Assembly (NCBI RefSeq): GCF_000020225.1
Contig: NC_010655.1
Span: 870,001 to 902,000 of the forward strand
Source of the DNA: Akkermansia muciniphila ATCC BAA-835
GTDB lineage: Bacteria > Verrucomicrobiota > Verrucomicrobiia > Verrucomicrobiales > Akkermansiaceae
DNA length: 32,000 nucleotides
Direction: 5' to 3'
This document shows, piece by piece, positions 18,459 through 25,655 of the stretch. Numbering within the stretch: position 1 is the stretch's first letter; every line of letters starts with the position of its first letter. Position numbers and translations under genes: made by a program. The notes below the pieces were generated by a model. That model made no database searches. It was not told where the DNA came from and saw nothing but the letters and a program-made list of their open reading frames with translations.

Positions 18459-19429
18459 GAGCCATGCGGAGAATCTGCCGCCCTTATTTGTTCAAATCCT
18501 TCCTGCGGCGGCAGAAAGGGCTCCAGCGCGGACCATACCTGGTCCACTGTAATTTCCTCAATGGCGCCGGGGGAAACCAGGTTGGAAATGCACCGGGCAG
18601 TAATGGCGGAATTGCGCGTCCGGTGGCAGAAAATGGCGGTCACGGGCACCCCGGCATAGGCACACATATGTGTAGGCCCCGTATCATTGCCTACACAAGC
18701 CAGGGAACACAAAGCCATCTGGGGAATATCCATCAGGGAAGACTTGCCCAGAAAACTGACAGCCAGGGGAGAGCTGGCGGCAATGGCCTCCACTTCCGCA
18801 GCCTCCGCCCGGGTGCCGATGACAACGGAGGACACGCCCCGCGCCGCCAGGCGTTTCGCCAGGGCGCAGAAATTCTCCACGGGCCAGCGCTTGTAGGGAT
18901 GATTGGGGGAACAGCCCGGAATCATCATCACATAGCGTTCCGGAAGCTCGTCAAAATGCAGCCCCTCCCCGTGCATGAAAGAAAGATCCGTCAGGACGCG
19001 TTCCAAACGAAACGGCTCCCGTCCCACCTTCCCCCACCGGAAGGCTTTCTTTTTCAGCAATTTGCGCCGTTCTCCGGAATTGCAGGCCACCCAGTCCATG
19101 TCATGGTTCAGCAGGAAGCGCACGGCGGGATAATAGCGTTTCCTGGTGCGGGAAGATTCCTGAAGATCGTACACCACGTCAAAATTTCCTTTCACAATGG
19201 AACGGACGGCCCTCCAGGTGGCGCCCAGCTTCCAGTAAGGCAGGCGATTATCCACAATAAAATCGTCAAACACTCCGAGCTGCTCCGCCATGGGAACAAA
19301 CATTCCCATGGTCATCAGGGTGATATGCGCCTCCGGATGAAGTTCGCGGAGCCGCTTCATCGTCCCCATGGCGAGCACCACATCGCCAAGGGCTCCATGC
19401 TTGATGATCAGAATGCGCTGTGCGGGCAT
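18455..19429 (-). CDS. glycosyltransferase family 9 (ADP-heptose:LPS heptosyltransferase-like)
   Basis: 324 aa. RILIIKHGALGDVV at the N-terminus, PGCSPNHPYKRWP, and GNDTGPTHM. Its stop overlaps the GT2 start (ATGA at 18455-18458). Confidence 0.85.
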   Translation of the reverse strand: MPAQRILIIKHGALGDVVLAMGTMKRLRELHPEAHITLMTMGMFVPMAEQLGVFDDFIVDNRLPYWKLGATWRAVRSIVKGNFDVVYDLQESSRTRKRYYPAVRFLLNHDMDWVACNSGERRKLLKKKAFRWGKVGREPFRLERVLTDLSFMHGEGLHFDELPERYVMMIPGCSPNHPYKRWPVENFCALAKRLAARGVSSVVIGTRAEAAEVEAIAASSPLAVSFLGKSSLMDIPQMALCSLACVGNDTGPTHMCAYAGVPVTAIFCHRTRNSAITARCISNLVSPGAIEEITVDQVWSALEPFLPPQEGFEQIRAADSPHGS

Positions 19430-19450
19430 GGGAGAAAAAAGGAATGCGGG

Positions 19451-20437
19451 TTAAACGTAACTGTCTTCCCTGTCCAGATACTCCTGCACGTACCGGCGCA
19501 CGCCATCCTCCAGGGAAGTCATGGGCGCTGCATAACCGGCAACGCGCAGCCTGGAAAGGTCCGCCTGCGTATAATACTGATATTTCCCCCTGAGCTCTTC
19601 AGGCATCTCCCGGTAGGCAATCTTTTCCTGAAGGCCCAGCGCATGGAATGCCGCCTTCGCCAGATCGTGGAAAGAGCGTGCCTTCCCGGAACCTACGTTG
19701 AACAGGCCGCTCACCTCCGGATGCTCCAGCAGCCAAAGCACCACGTCCACGCAGTCGCCCACCCACACGAAATCCCGGAGCTGCCATCCGTCACGGTAGT
19801 CGGGATGGTAAGATTTGAACAGCTTCACCGTTTCATTGGCCTTCACTTGGGGGAATATATGGGCCACCACGCTTTTCTGCCCGCCCTTATGGTATTCATT
19901 AGGGCCGTACACGTTGAAAAATTTAAGCCCGGCGTATTGGGGGGGAACCGGACGCCCTTCTTTCACTTCCCGGGCCACCTTGCGGTCAAACAGGGCCTTG
20001 CTCCAGCCGTATGCGTTCAGGGGGCGCAGCGCATTGACGTGCTCCAGGGAGGCGTCATCGTCAAACCCCATGGAACCGTCCCCGTACGTGGCTGCGGAGG
20101 AGGCGTAAATAAACCGTTTGCCGTACAGGGAACAAAACTCCCACAAATGCCAGCTCAACGTGAAATTCGTCCGGATAATCAAATCGGCGTCCGTCTCCGT
20201 GGTGGCGGAAATGGCCCCCATGTGAATGACCGCCTCCACCTCATCCGCATGCGCCTTCATATAATCAAACATGCCTTCCGGAGAAACCACGGCGCACAGC
20301 TCTCTCTTGGCAATGTTCCTCCACTTGTCGGAAGAGCCCAGCTCGTCCACCACCACAAGATCCTTTTTACCGGCTTTTTCCAGAGCGGCGACAATGTTTG
20401 AGCCGATAAACCCGGCCCCACCCGTGACAATAATCAT
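19451..20437 (-). CDS. hldD: ADP-L-glycero-D-manno-heptose 6-epimerase
   Basis: MIIVTGGAGFIGSNIV..., ASSAATYG, FNVYGP.E.HKG and RDFVxVGD are collinear with E. coli HldD/RfaD as recalled. The start was taken at ATG 20435-20437; the track ORF adds 31 non-homologous residues. Confidence 0.9.
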   Translation of the reverse strand: MIIVTGGAGFIGSNIVAALEKAGKKDLVVVDELGSSDKWRNIAKRELCAVVSPEGMFDYMKAHADEVEAVIHMGAISATTETDADLIIRTNFTLSWHLWEFCSLYGKRFIYASSAATYGDGSMGFDDDASLEHVNALRPLNAYGWSKALFDRKVAREVKEGRPVPPQYAGLKFFNVYGPNEYHKGGQKSVVAHIFPQVKANETVKLFKSYHPDYRDGWQLRDFVWVGDCVDVVLWLLEHPEVSGLFNVGSGKARSFHDLAKAAFHALGLQEKIAYREMPEELRGKYQYYTQADLSRLRVAGYAAPMTSLEDGVRRYVQEYLDREDSYV

Positions 20438-20537
20438 AAGAAAAGAATCAATAAAAAAGTTGTACGGCCTTTTATACCACATCCACCCGTCCCTAGGCAA
20501 CTGCCATTTGAGGCGTTCCCCGGCTCCCAATTTTCAA

Positions 20538-20552
20538 CGAATTTACAATCCG
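20538..20552. repeat. palindrome copy S1: CGAATT-TAC-AATCCG
   Basis: Read directly. 11 of 12 arm positions match the CGGATT/AATCCG consensus. With its flanks it is a 16/17 inverted repeat of S2, including the core (TAC versus GTA). Confidence 0.9.
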
Positions 20553-20697
20553 GACACTCCAAACCCTGACCGTTCCATGCGGAAAACCATTGGGCCGCAA
20601 TCCCCGCGCAGCTTGCGGAGGGTGCGCCCCTCAAATCCTCTTTTCATACTGGCAACGTTAAAAAATTTCGGTAAGACCTGTCTTGCAAAAATTATCA

Positions 20698-20726
20698 TTG
20701 ACCACGGATTGTAAATCCGTTACACA
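20698..20726 (+). promoter_or_regulatory. putative sigma70-type promoter of the plus glycan arm, with palindrome S2 in the spacer
   Basis: TTGACC (20698-20703), a 17-nt spacer, then TACACA (20721-20726), 13 nt before the GT2 ATG. The CATTGAC ... TACAC pattern matches the two GT10 promoters. Motif inference only. Confidence 0.35.
20705..20719. repeat. palindrome copy S2: CGGATT-GTA-AATCCG (perfect arms)
   Basis: Read directly. It lies between the -35-like and -10-like boxes, 20 nt upstream of the GT2 start. Confidence 0.9.
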
Positions 20727-20739
20727 CATTCCCACCCCT

Positions 20740-21894
20740 ATGATCCCCGATGTTTCCATCATTGTTCCCTGCTACAATGTAGCCGCTTACGTGGACAGCT
20801 GCCTGGAGAGCCTGGTACGCCAGACTCTCCGGAACATAGAAATTATCTGCATCAATGACGGCTCCACGGATGAGACCTGGACACATCTGCTGCGCTGGAA
20901 AGAAAAGGACAGCAGAATCATCCTTCTGAACCAGCGGAACGCGGGCGTCTCCGCAGCAAGGAATGCAGGGCTGGATGCCGCCCGCGGCCTTTATGTCGGT
21001 TTTGCGGATCCGGACGACTACATGGATCCGGAAATGTATTCCCGCCTTTTTTCGGCGGCTCTGGAATATGACGCAGACATCGTGGAATGCGGCAACCATG
21101 TTTTTGAAGACTCGTCAGACCGGATTATCGAAGCCAAAAGAAGATCACCCTCCCGGCATTTTGAAGAGAACGCCTCTCCGGCCAGCTTCTTCCGGGATTC
21201 CATCTGGGGGAAAATGGATATCTGCGTGTGGAGCAAACTGTTCCGGAAAAGCATGCTGGACGCCCACCGCCTCCGCTTCAACGTACATCTGAAATCCGGC
21301 GCGGAGGATGAAACCTTCCGGCTGATGGCCGTTCCCCATGCCTCCCGTCTCCTGTTCATTCCCGACTGCCTGTATTACTACCGCCTTATGCGCAACGGCT
21401 CCCTCTCCCGCCGCTGCAACGTTCCCACCTACTCCAAATGCGTGCAGGAATTCCAGCGGCTGCTGTACATTGTGGACTACTGGCAGAAACAAGGATGGCA
21501 GAATGAAGGCCTGTTCGCTTACGGCGTCCGGAAAATCAGGCCTTTTTTTGTTTCCAAGCATCCCCTTTTCCATCAGATGACCGCTGTCCAGCAACGTTCC
21601 GCGCTGGACTGGTGGAGCCTGTTCTATCAGAAGGCGGAAGGAAAACGTTTCCTCTCCGCTCTATCGGGACGGGACAGGCAACTGGCGGACCTGTTGAACT
21701 CGGCGGAACCGGTCCCCAACGGCTGGGGGCGCATTCTGCTGGCAGCCTGCTCCCTGCTTCCCGGACAAAAAGGACGTTATTACTCCTGCAAAAAAATGCT
21801 TGCGGAACATTTTTCCCAAATCTGCCCCAATGAGTTTCAAAAAGAAAACGCTTCTCTGGAAGAGCCGTTTGACACATCGCCGCCTTCCCTGTAA
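20740..21894 (+). CDS. glycosyltransferase family 2 with C-terminal extension
   Basis: MIPDVSIIVPCYNVAAYVDSCLESLVRQT, ICINDGSTDET and FADPDD are present. The track start at 20683 is a TTG; ATG at 20740 gives the canonical GT2 N-terminus. Confidence 0.85.
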   Translation: MIPDVSIIVPCYNVAAYVDSCLESLVRQTLRNIEIICINDGSTDETWTHLLRWKEKDSRIILLNQRNAGVSAARNAGLDAARGLYVGFADPDDYMDPEMYSRLFSAALEYDADIVECGNHVFEDSSDRIIEAKRRSPSRHFEENASPASFFRDSIWGKMDICVWSKLFRKSMLDAHRLRFNVHLKSGAEDETFRLMAVPHASRLLFIPDCLYYYRLMRNGSLSRRCNVPTYSKCVQEFQRLLYIVDYWQKQGWQNEGLFAYGVRKIRPFFVSKHPLFHQMTAVQQRSALDWWSLFYQKAEGKRFLSALSGRDRQLADLLNSAEPVPNGWGRILLAACSLLPGQKGRYYSCKKMLAEHFSQICPNEFQKENASLEEPFDTSPPSL

Positions 21895-21921
21895 ATTGCC
21901 TTATCCTCCCATTCCGGATCA

Positions 21922-22728
21922 ATGAACCGTTTTCTCTCATTTGCAGACTCCCGCATGTCGGCCGCCCTGGAGCGGCTGGGCAGGCAGGCGGAAGCGCTGG
22001 ATTTTTTTGATGAGATCACGCTCTTCACGGAACACGACCTTTCCGCAGAATTCACCAGCCGCATGGGCCGCTACCTGACGCCGTCCTGCCGGGGATTCGG
22101 ATACTGGTCCTGGAAACCCTGGGCCATCCACCATGTCCTCCAAGAAATGGAAGAAGGAGACCGCCTCCTTTATCTGGATGCAGGCTGCCATATCAACGCC
22201 AACGGAACGGAGCGCTTCCGGGAATACGTAAATATGCTGGACCGCGACAGCCGCGGCATGCTGGTTTTCACCAACGGACAGCCGGAATACAAATGGACCA
22301 AAGGAGATATCTTCCGCCACTTCGGCATTTCCCAAGAAGACGGGCATATCACGCATACCCAGCAAATTGCGGGCGGCCATGTTTTCCTGAAAAAAAACCC
22401 GCTCACGGAAAGCCTGATCCGGGATTGGCTCCATGTCTTTTACGACCATCTGCATCTTGCGGACAACACTCCTTCCGCCTCCCCCAACCTGCCGGGTTTT
22501 GTGGAAAACCGGTATGACCAGAGCATCTTTTCCATCCTATGCAAACTGAGGGGCATCACCACCCTCGACGGATCGGAAACCTATGCGGAAAACTGGGAAC
22601 AGCTCTCCTTGTTTCCATTCCAGGACAGACGGGACATGGGAATCCCACGGGCCGGGAAAAAGGGATGGCTGGAAAAATGCAGGCAGCTCCTTCTTTCTTC
22701 CAAAAGAAACGGATTAGGAATCCGGTAA
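21922..22728 (+). CDS. uncharacterised protein embedded in the glycan locus (possible novel glycosyltransferase-like enzyme)
   Basis: 268 aa in the coding frame with host-like composition, 27 nt after the GT2 stop. Motifs GYWSWKPW, LLYLDAGC and ENRYDQSIFS are seen, but I cannot place them in a named family. Confidence 0.65.
   Translation: MNRFLSFADSRMSAALERLGRQAEALDFFDEITLFTEHDLSAEFTSRMGRYLTPSCRGFGYWSWKPWAIHHVLQEMEEGDRLLYLDAGCHINANGTERFREYVNMLDRDSRGMLVFTNGQPEYKWTKGDIFRHFGISQEDGHITHTQQIAGGHVFLKKNPLTESLIRDWLHVFYDHLHLADNTPSASPNLPGFVENRYDQSIFSILCKLRGITTLDGSETYAENWEQLSLFPFQDRRDMGIPRAGKKGWLEKCRQLLLSSKRNGLGIR
22710..22724. repeat. palindrome copy S3: CGGATT-AGG-AATCCG (perfect arms)
   Basis: Read directly. 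It overlaps the last codons of ORF 21922-22728 (stop at 22726-22728). It is a 14/15 inverted repeat of S4, including the core (AGG versus CCT). Confidence 0.9.
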
Positions 22729-23145
22729 AGCTTCCCCACTCGGAACAACCGGGCTGCACGACGTTTCCGGACGGGGCAATCTGACGCACCATGAACTGTT
22801 TTCCCGTCCTTTTCCACAGCTTCAGCCCGAAAATTCCTTTACCCTTCGGCTGCCGTTTCCGGAATGTAATGACGGTTATTTGGACAAGCTCTTTTCATTT
22901 GATCAGGAATGTTTTGCCTTCATGAAAGCAAACATCCCTCCATTCCAAAACTCCGCACCCGCACTATCCTCCGCCGACATTCTCCCACCCCTACTCACAG
23001 TTATGCCGTCACCGGAATCCGGCTTTCCCCCATTCATACCGGAATGAAAATAAAAAGGCCATCATGCTGGGAACAGCCTGCCGCAGTTCATGGAATACTG
23101 GCAGCCTAGATTTCCCCAAAACGTTTTTCTTTCAGATTTGTAGGC

Positions 23146-23175
23146 TTGACGGCGGATTCCTAATCCTCATACTTT
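23146..23175 (+). promoter_or_regulatory. putative promoter of the GT4 gene, with palindrome S4 in the spacer
   Basis: TTGACG (23146-23151), an 18-nt spacer, then TACTTT (23170-23175). This is the same layout as at S2. Motif inference only. Confidence 0.3.
23153..23167. repeat. palindrome copy S4: CGGATT-CCT-AATCCT
   Basis: Read directly. 11 of 12 arm positions match. It ends 13 nt upstream of the in-frame GTG at 23181. Confidence 0.9.
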
Positions 23176-23180
23176 CCTAT

Positions 23181-24455
23181 GTGGCTTCTCCTCAATGCCG
23201 AACAATATTTCAAGTCTCCCATAGCGTCTCGGCCAGCTCCGCCCCTTACCGGTTGAGCGACGCTCTGAACCGGCATATTCCCGGCCTAAAATCCACCCTG
23301 CTGCTCCGGAGGCGCAAAGAAATTGACGGCCTGGAAATCCACAGGACACCCGCCAGAAGGGCTACGGACGCCTTGCGCCGCCATCTGGCCCATGGATTTG
23401 ACATTCTGCTGCCGGAAAGAAGAAAAGACCTGCCTTTCTCCCTGAATGTGCTGGGCATGGGATTTGACACGGCCCAAATGGAAAAAGCCGATGTAGTGCA
23501 TCTGCACTGGATAGGCGGCAGAACCGTGGATTTCTCGCAGCTGTGCCATATCCGCCGTCCATTGGTCTATACCCTGCACGACATGTTTGCCTGCACCGCG
23601 GGATGCCACTGCACCATGGACTGCGGCCTGTTCCAGGACGAATGCCGCGGCAACTGCCCCCAGCTTGGCGCTCCCCGCCTCTTCCGCAACATTCCAGCGT
23701 GGCTGTTTTCCCGCAAACGCCGCGCCTTCGGCCGCATCCCGTCCCTTACCCTCGTAACTCCCTCCCTCTGGTTAAAAAGGGAAGTGGAAAGAAGCTGCAT
23801 GTTCCCTGGAAGAAAAATCGTACAGATTTACAATCCTGTGGACACGGACCTTTTCCGTCCGGCGGAAGACCGGAATGCCATCCGGGCCGGCCTGGGCATC
23901 CCGCCCGGAGCGTTCGTCATCGCCTGCGGCGCAACCGGCCTGTTCAATCCGGTCAAAGGCGGCCATTTCATCCCCCTGGTGCTGGAGGAACTATACCGGC
24001 GCGGGCACCGGAACCTTCATCTCCTGCTCTTCGGCAACCAGGAAAAAAGCGTGGACTACCCCTTCCCCAGCACAAACGCCGGATTCATTACGGACATGAA
24101 CAAGCTGGCCGGGCTTTACAGCGCGGCGGACATTTTCCTGAACCCCACGCTTCAGGATGTCCTTTCCAACGTAGCGCTGGAATCCATGGCCTGCAAAACC
24201 CCTTCCGTTACCTTCCGGACGGGAGGAGTTCCGGAAGCGGTTCTGGACGGAAGGACGGGGCTGGTCGCTCAGCAGGGGGACCTGAACCAAATGGTCGCCC
24301 ACTGCGAACGGCTCATCCAGGACGGAAAACTCCTGCAAACCCTGGCGGAGGAAGGCCGTCGGCACGCGGAACAAACATTCTCCTACCCCGTCATTGCCGC
24401 ACGGCACGCCGCCCTGTATGAGGAAACGTTCCGGGAATACCGTTACGAAGAGTGA
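23181..24455 (+). CDS. glycosyltransferase family 4 (GT-B, GT1 clan)
   Basis: IFQVSHS...APYRL at the N-terminus, VVHLHWIGG ... LVYTLHDMFACTAGCHCTMDC ... CPQLG, and a C-terminal E-x7-E-like region (NVALESMACKTPSV). The residues between the ATG at 23064 and 23181 look non-protein-like. The GTG at 23181 places the start 8 residues before the conserved IFQVSHS. The start is uncertain. Confidence 0.85.
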   Translation: MASPQCRTIFQVSHSVSASSAPYRLSDALNRHIPGLKSTLLLRRRKEIDGLEIHRTPARRATDALRRHLAHGFDILLPERRKDLPFSLNVLGMGFDTAQMEKADVVHLHWIGGRTVDFSQLCHIRRPLVYTLHDMFACTAGCHCTMDCGLFQDECRGNCPQLGAPRLFRNIPAWLFSRKRRAFGRIPSLTLVTPSLWLKREVERSCMFPGRKIVQIYNPVDTDLFRPAEDRNAIRAGLGIPPGAFVIACGATGLFNPVKGGHFIPLVLEELYRRGHRNLHLLLFGNQEKSVDYPFPSTNAGFITDMNKLAGLYSAADIFLNPTLQDVLSNVALESMACKTPSVTFRTGGVPEAVLDGRTGLVAQQGDLNQMVAHCERLIQDGKLLQTLAEEGRRHAEQTFSYPVIAARHAALYEETFREYRYEE

Positions 24456-24520
24456 AAACGGCCGGCGTTCAACCGCCGGACTGCCTGTTCCAGCACATCC
24501 GGGCGCATTTTCCTTTGTCA

Positions 24521-24548
24521 TTGACAAGAAAAAGACGCCTCATACACT
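24521..24548 (+). promoter_or_regulatory. putative promoter of the FutA-like GT10 gene
   Basis: TTGACA (24521-24526), a 16-nt spacer, then TACACT (24543-24548), 27 nt before the ATG. It is embedded in an 18-nt block that is 17/18 identical to the block at 27757-27774. The -35 box is part of the palindrome TTGTCA-T-TGACAA (24515-24527). Confidence 0.45.
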
Positions 24549-24575
24549 CTGCACCGTTTCAACCCTTCTCTCCCC

Positions 24576-25574
24576 ATGAAAACGCTTAAAATCTCCTTTT
24601 TACAGTCCACTCCGGATTTCGGCAGGGAAGGAATGCTTCAGCTTCTGAAAAGCCGGTATCATGTGGTGGAAGACGATTCCGATTTTGATTACCTGGTCGC
24701 CACCCCCTGGTTTTACGTCAACCGGGAGGCTTTTTACGATTTTCTGGAACGGGCCCCCGGCCATATCACCGTCATGTACGGCTGTCATGAAGCCATTGCA
24801 CCGGATTTCATGCTGTTTGACTATTACATCGGGCTCGATACGGTGCCCGGAAGCGACCGTACTGTCAAACTTCCCTACCTTCGCCACCATTTGGAAGAAG
24901 TGCACGGCGGTAAGGAAGGCCTGGATGCCCATGCTCTCCTGGCCTCCAAAACGGGTTTCTGCAACTTCATTTACGCCAACCGCAAATCCCATCCCAACAG
25001 GGATGCCATGTTCCACAAACTCTCCGCTTTCCGGTTCGTCAATTCTCTGGGGCCCCATCTTAACAACACCCCGGGCGACGGCCACCGGGCGGAAGACTGG
25101 TACGCATCCTCCATCAGAATGAAAAAGCCGTATAAATTCTCCATTGCCTTTGAAAATGCATGGTACCCCGGCTACACCAGTGAAAAAATCGTCACCAGCA
25201 TGCTTGCAGGCACCATTCCCATTTACTGGGGAAATCCGGACATCAGCCGGGAATTCAATTCCGCCTCATTCATCAACTGCCACGACTTCCCAACCCTGGA
25301 CGACGCCGCGGCCTATGTGAAAAAAGTGGACGAAGACGACAACCTGTGGTGTGAAATCATGTCGCGCCCCTGGAAAACCCCGGAACAGGAAGCCCGCTTT
25401 CTGGAAGAGACGGAAAGGGAAACGGCCAAGCTTTACAAAATATTCGACCAATCTCCGGAAGAAGCGCGCCGCAAAGGTGACGGAACATGGGTATCCTACT
25501 ACCAGCGCTTTTTAAAACGCGGCCACAGGATGCAGCTGGCATGGCGGCGGCTGAAAAACCGCCTGCGCCGCTAA
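24576..25574 (+). CDS. alpha-(1,3)-fucosyltransferase, glycosyltransferase family 10 (H. pylori FutA-like)
   Basis: 332 aa. LFDYYIGLD, YKFSIAFENAWYPGYTSEKIVTSMLAGTIPIYWGNPDISREFNSASFINCHDF aligns with H. pylori FutA YKFNLCFENSQGYGYVTEKILDAYFSHTIPIYWGSPSVAKDFNPKSFVNVHDF as recalled. It lacks the H. pylori heptad tail and any poly-C tract. Confidence 0.92.
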   Translation: MKTLKISFLQSTPDFGREGMLQLLKSRYHVVEDDSDFDYLVATPWFYVNREAFYDFLERAPGHITVMYGCHEAIAPDFMLFDYYIGLDTVPGSDRTVKLPYLRHHLEEVHGGKEGLDAHALLASKTGFCNFIYANRKSHPNRDAMFHKLSAFRFVNSLGPHLNNTPGDGHRAEDWYASSIRMKKPYKFSIAFENAWYPGYTSEKIVTSMLAGTIPIYWGNPDISREFNSASFINCHDFPTLDDAAAYVKKVDEDDNLWCEIMSRPWKTPEQEARFLEETERETAKLYKIFDQSPEEARRKGDGTWVSYYQRFLKRGHRMQLAWRRLKNRLRR

Positions 25575-25655
25575 CCAACGTTTCCGGGCAATTCAACCCC
25601 ATGCCGGATTTCCTCTGCCCGCCTTCCCCCGTCCCCATCCACTTCCTTCCGCTTC

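Noticed and set aside
18464-20401. 645-aa plus-strand ORF
   Set aside because: It is antisense to the GT9 and hldD genes, which have clear family motifs. The composition is low-complexity, Arg/Gly/His-rich. Shadow ORF.
23064-23180. ATG at 23064 as the GT4 start, and other long N-terminal extensions in the track (2337, 8705, 11267, 15066, 15330, 20530, 20683)
   Set aside because: At least three (2337, 15066, 20683) begin with TTG. All add residues that precede the conserved N-termini of their families. The extension at 15066 runs through a terminator hairpin.
23823-23837. Fifth palindrome-like site CAGATT-TAC-AATCCT inside the GT4 coding sequence
   Set aside because: Only 10 of 12 arm positions match. 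About one such match is expected by chance in 32 kb. It encodes the QIYNP segment of the enzyme.
23543-24421. 292-aa plus-strand ORF in an alternative frame of the GT4 gene
   Set aside because: It is a Pro/Arg/Gly-rich out-of-frame translation. The overlapping frame carries the conserved GT4 motifs.
25250-25262. Perfect palindrome GGAATT-C-AATTCC in the FutA-like gene
   Set aside because: Its arms and spacing differ from the CGGATT/AATCCG family. It lies in codons for the conserved REFNSA segment. Probably coincidental.
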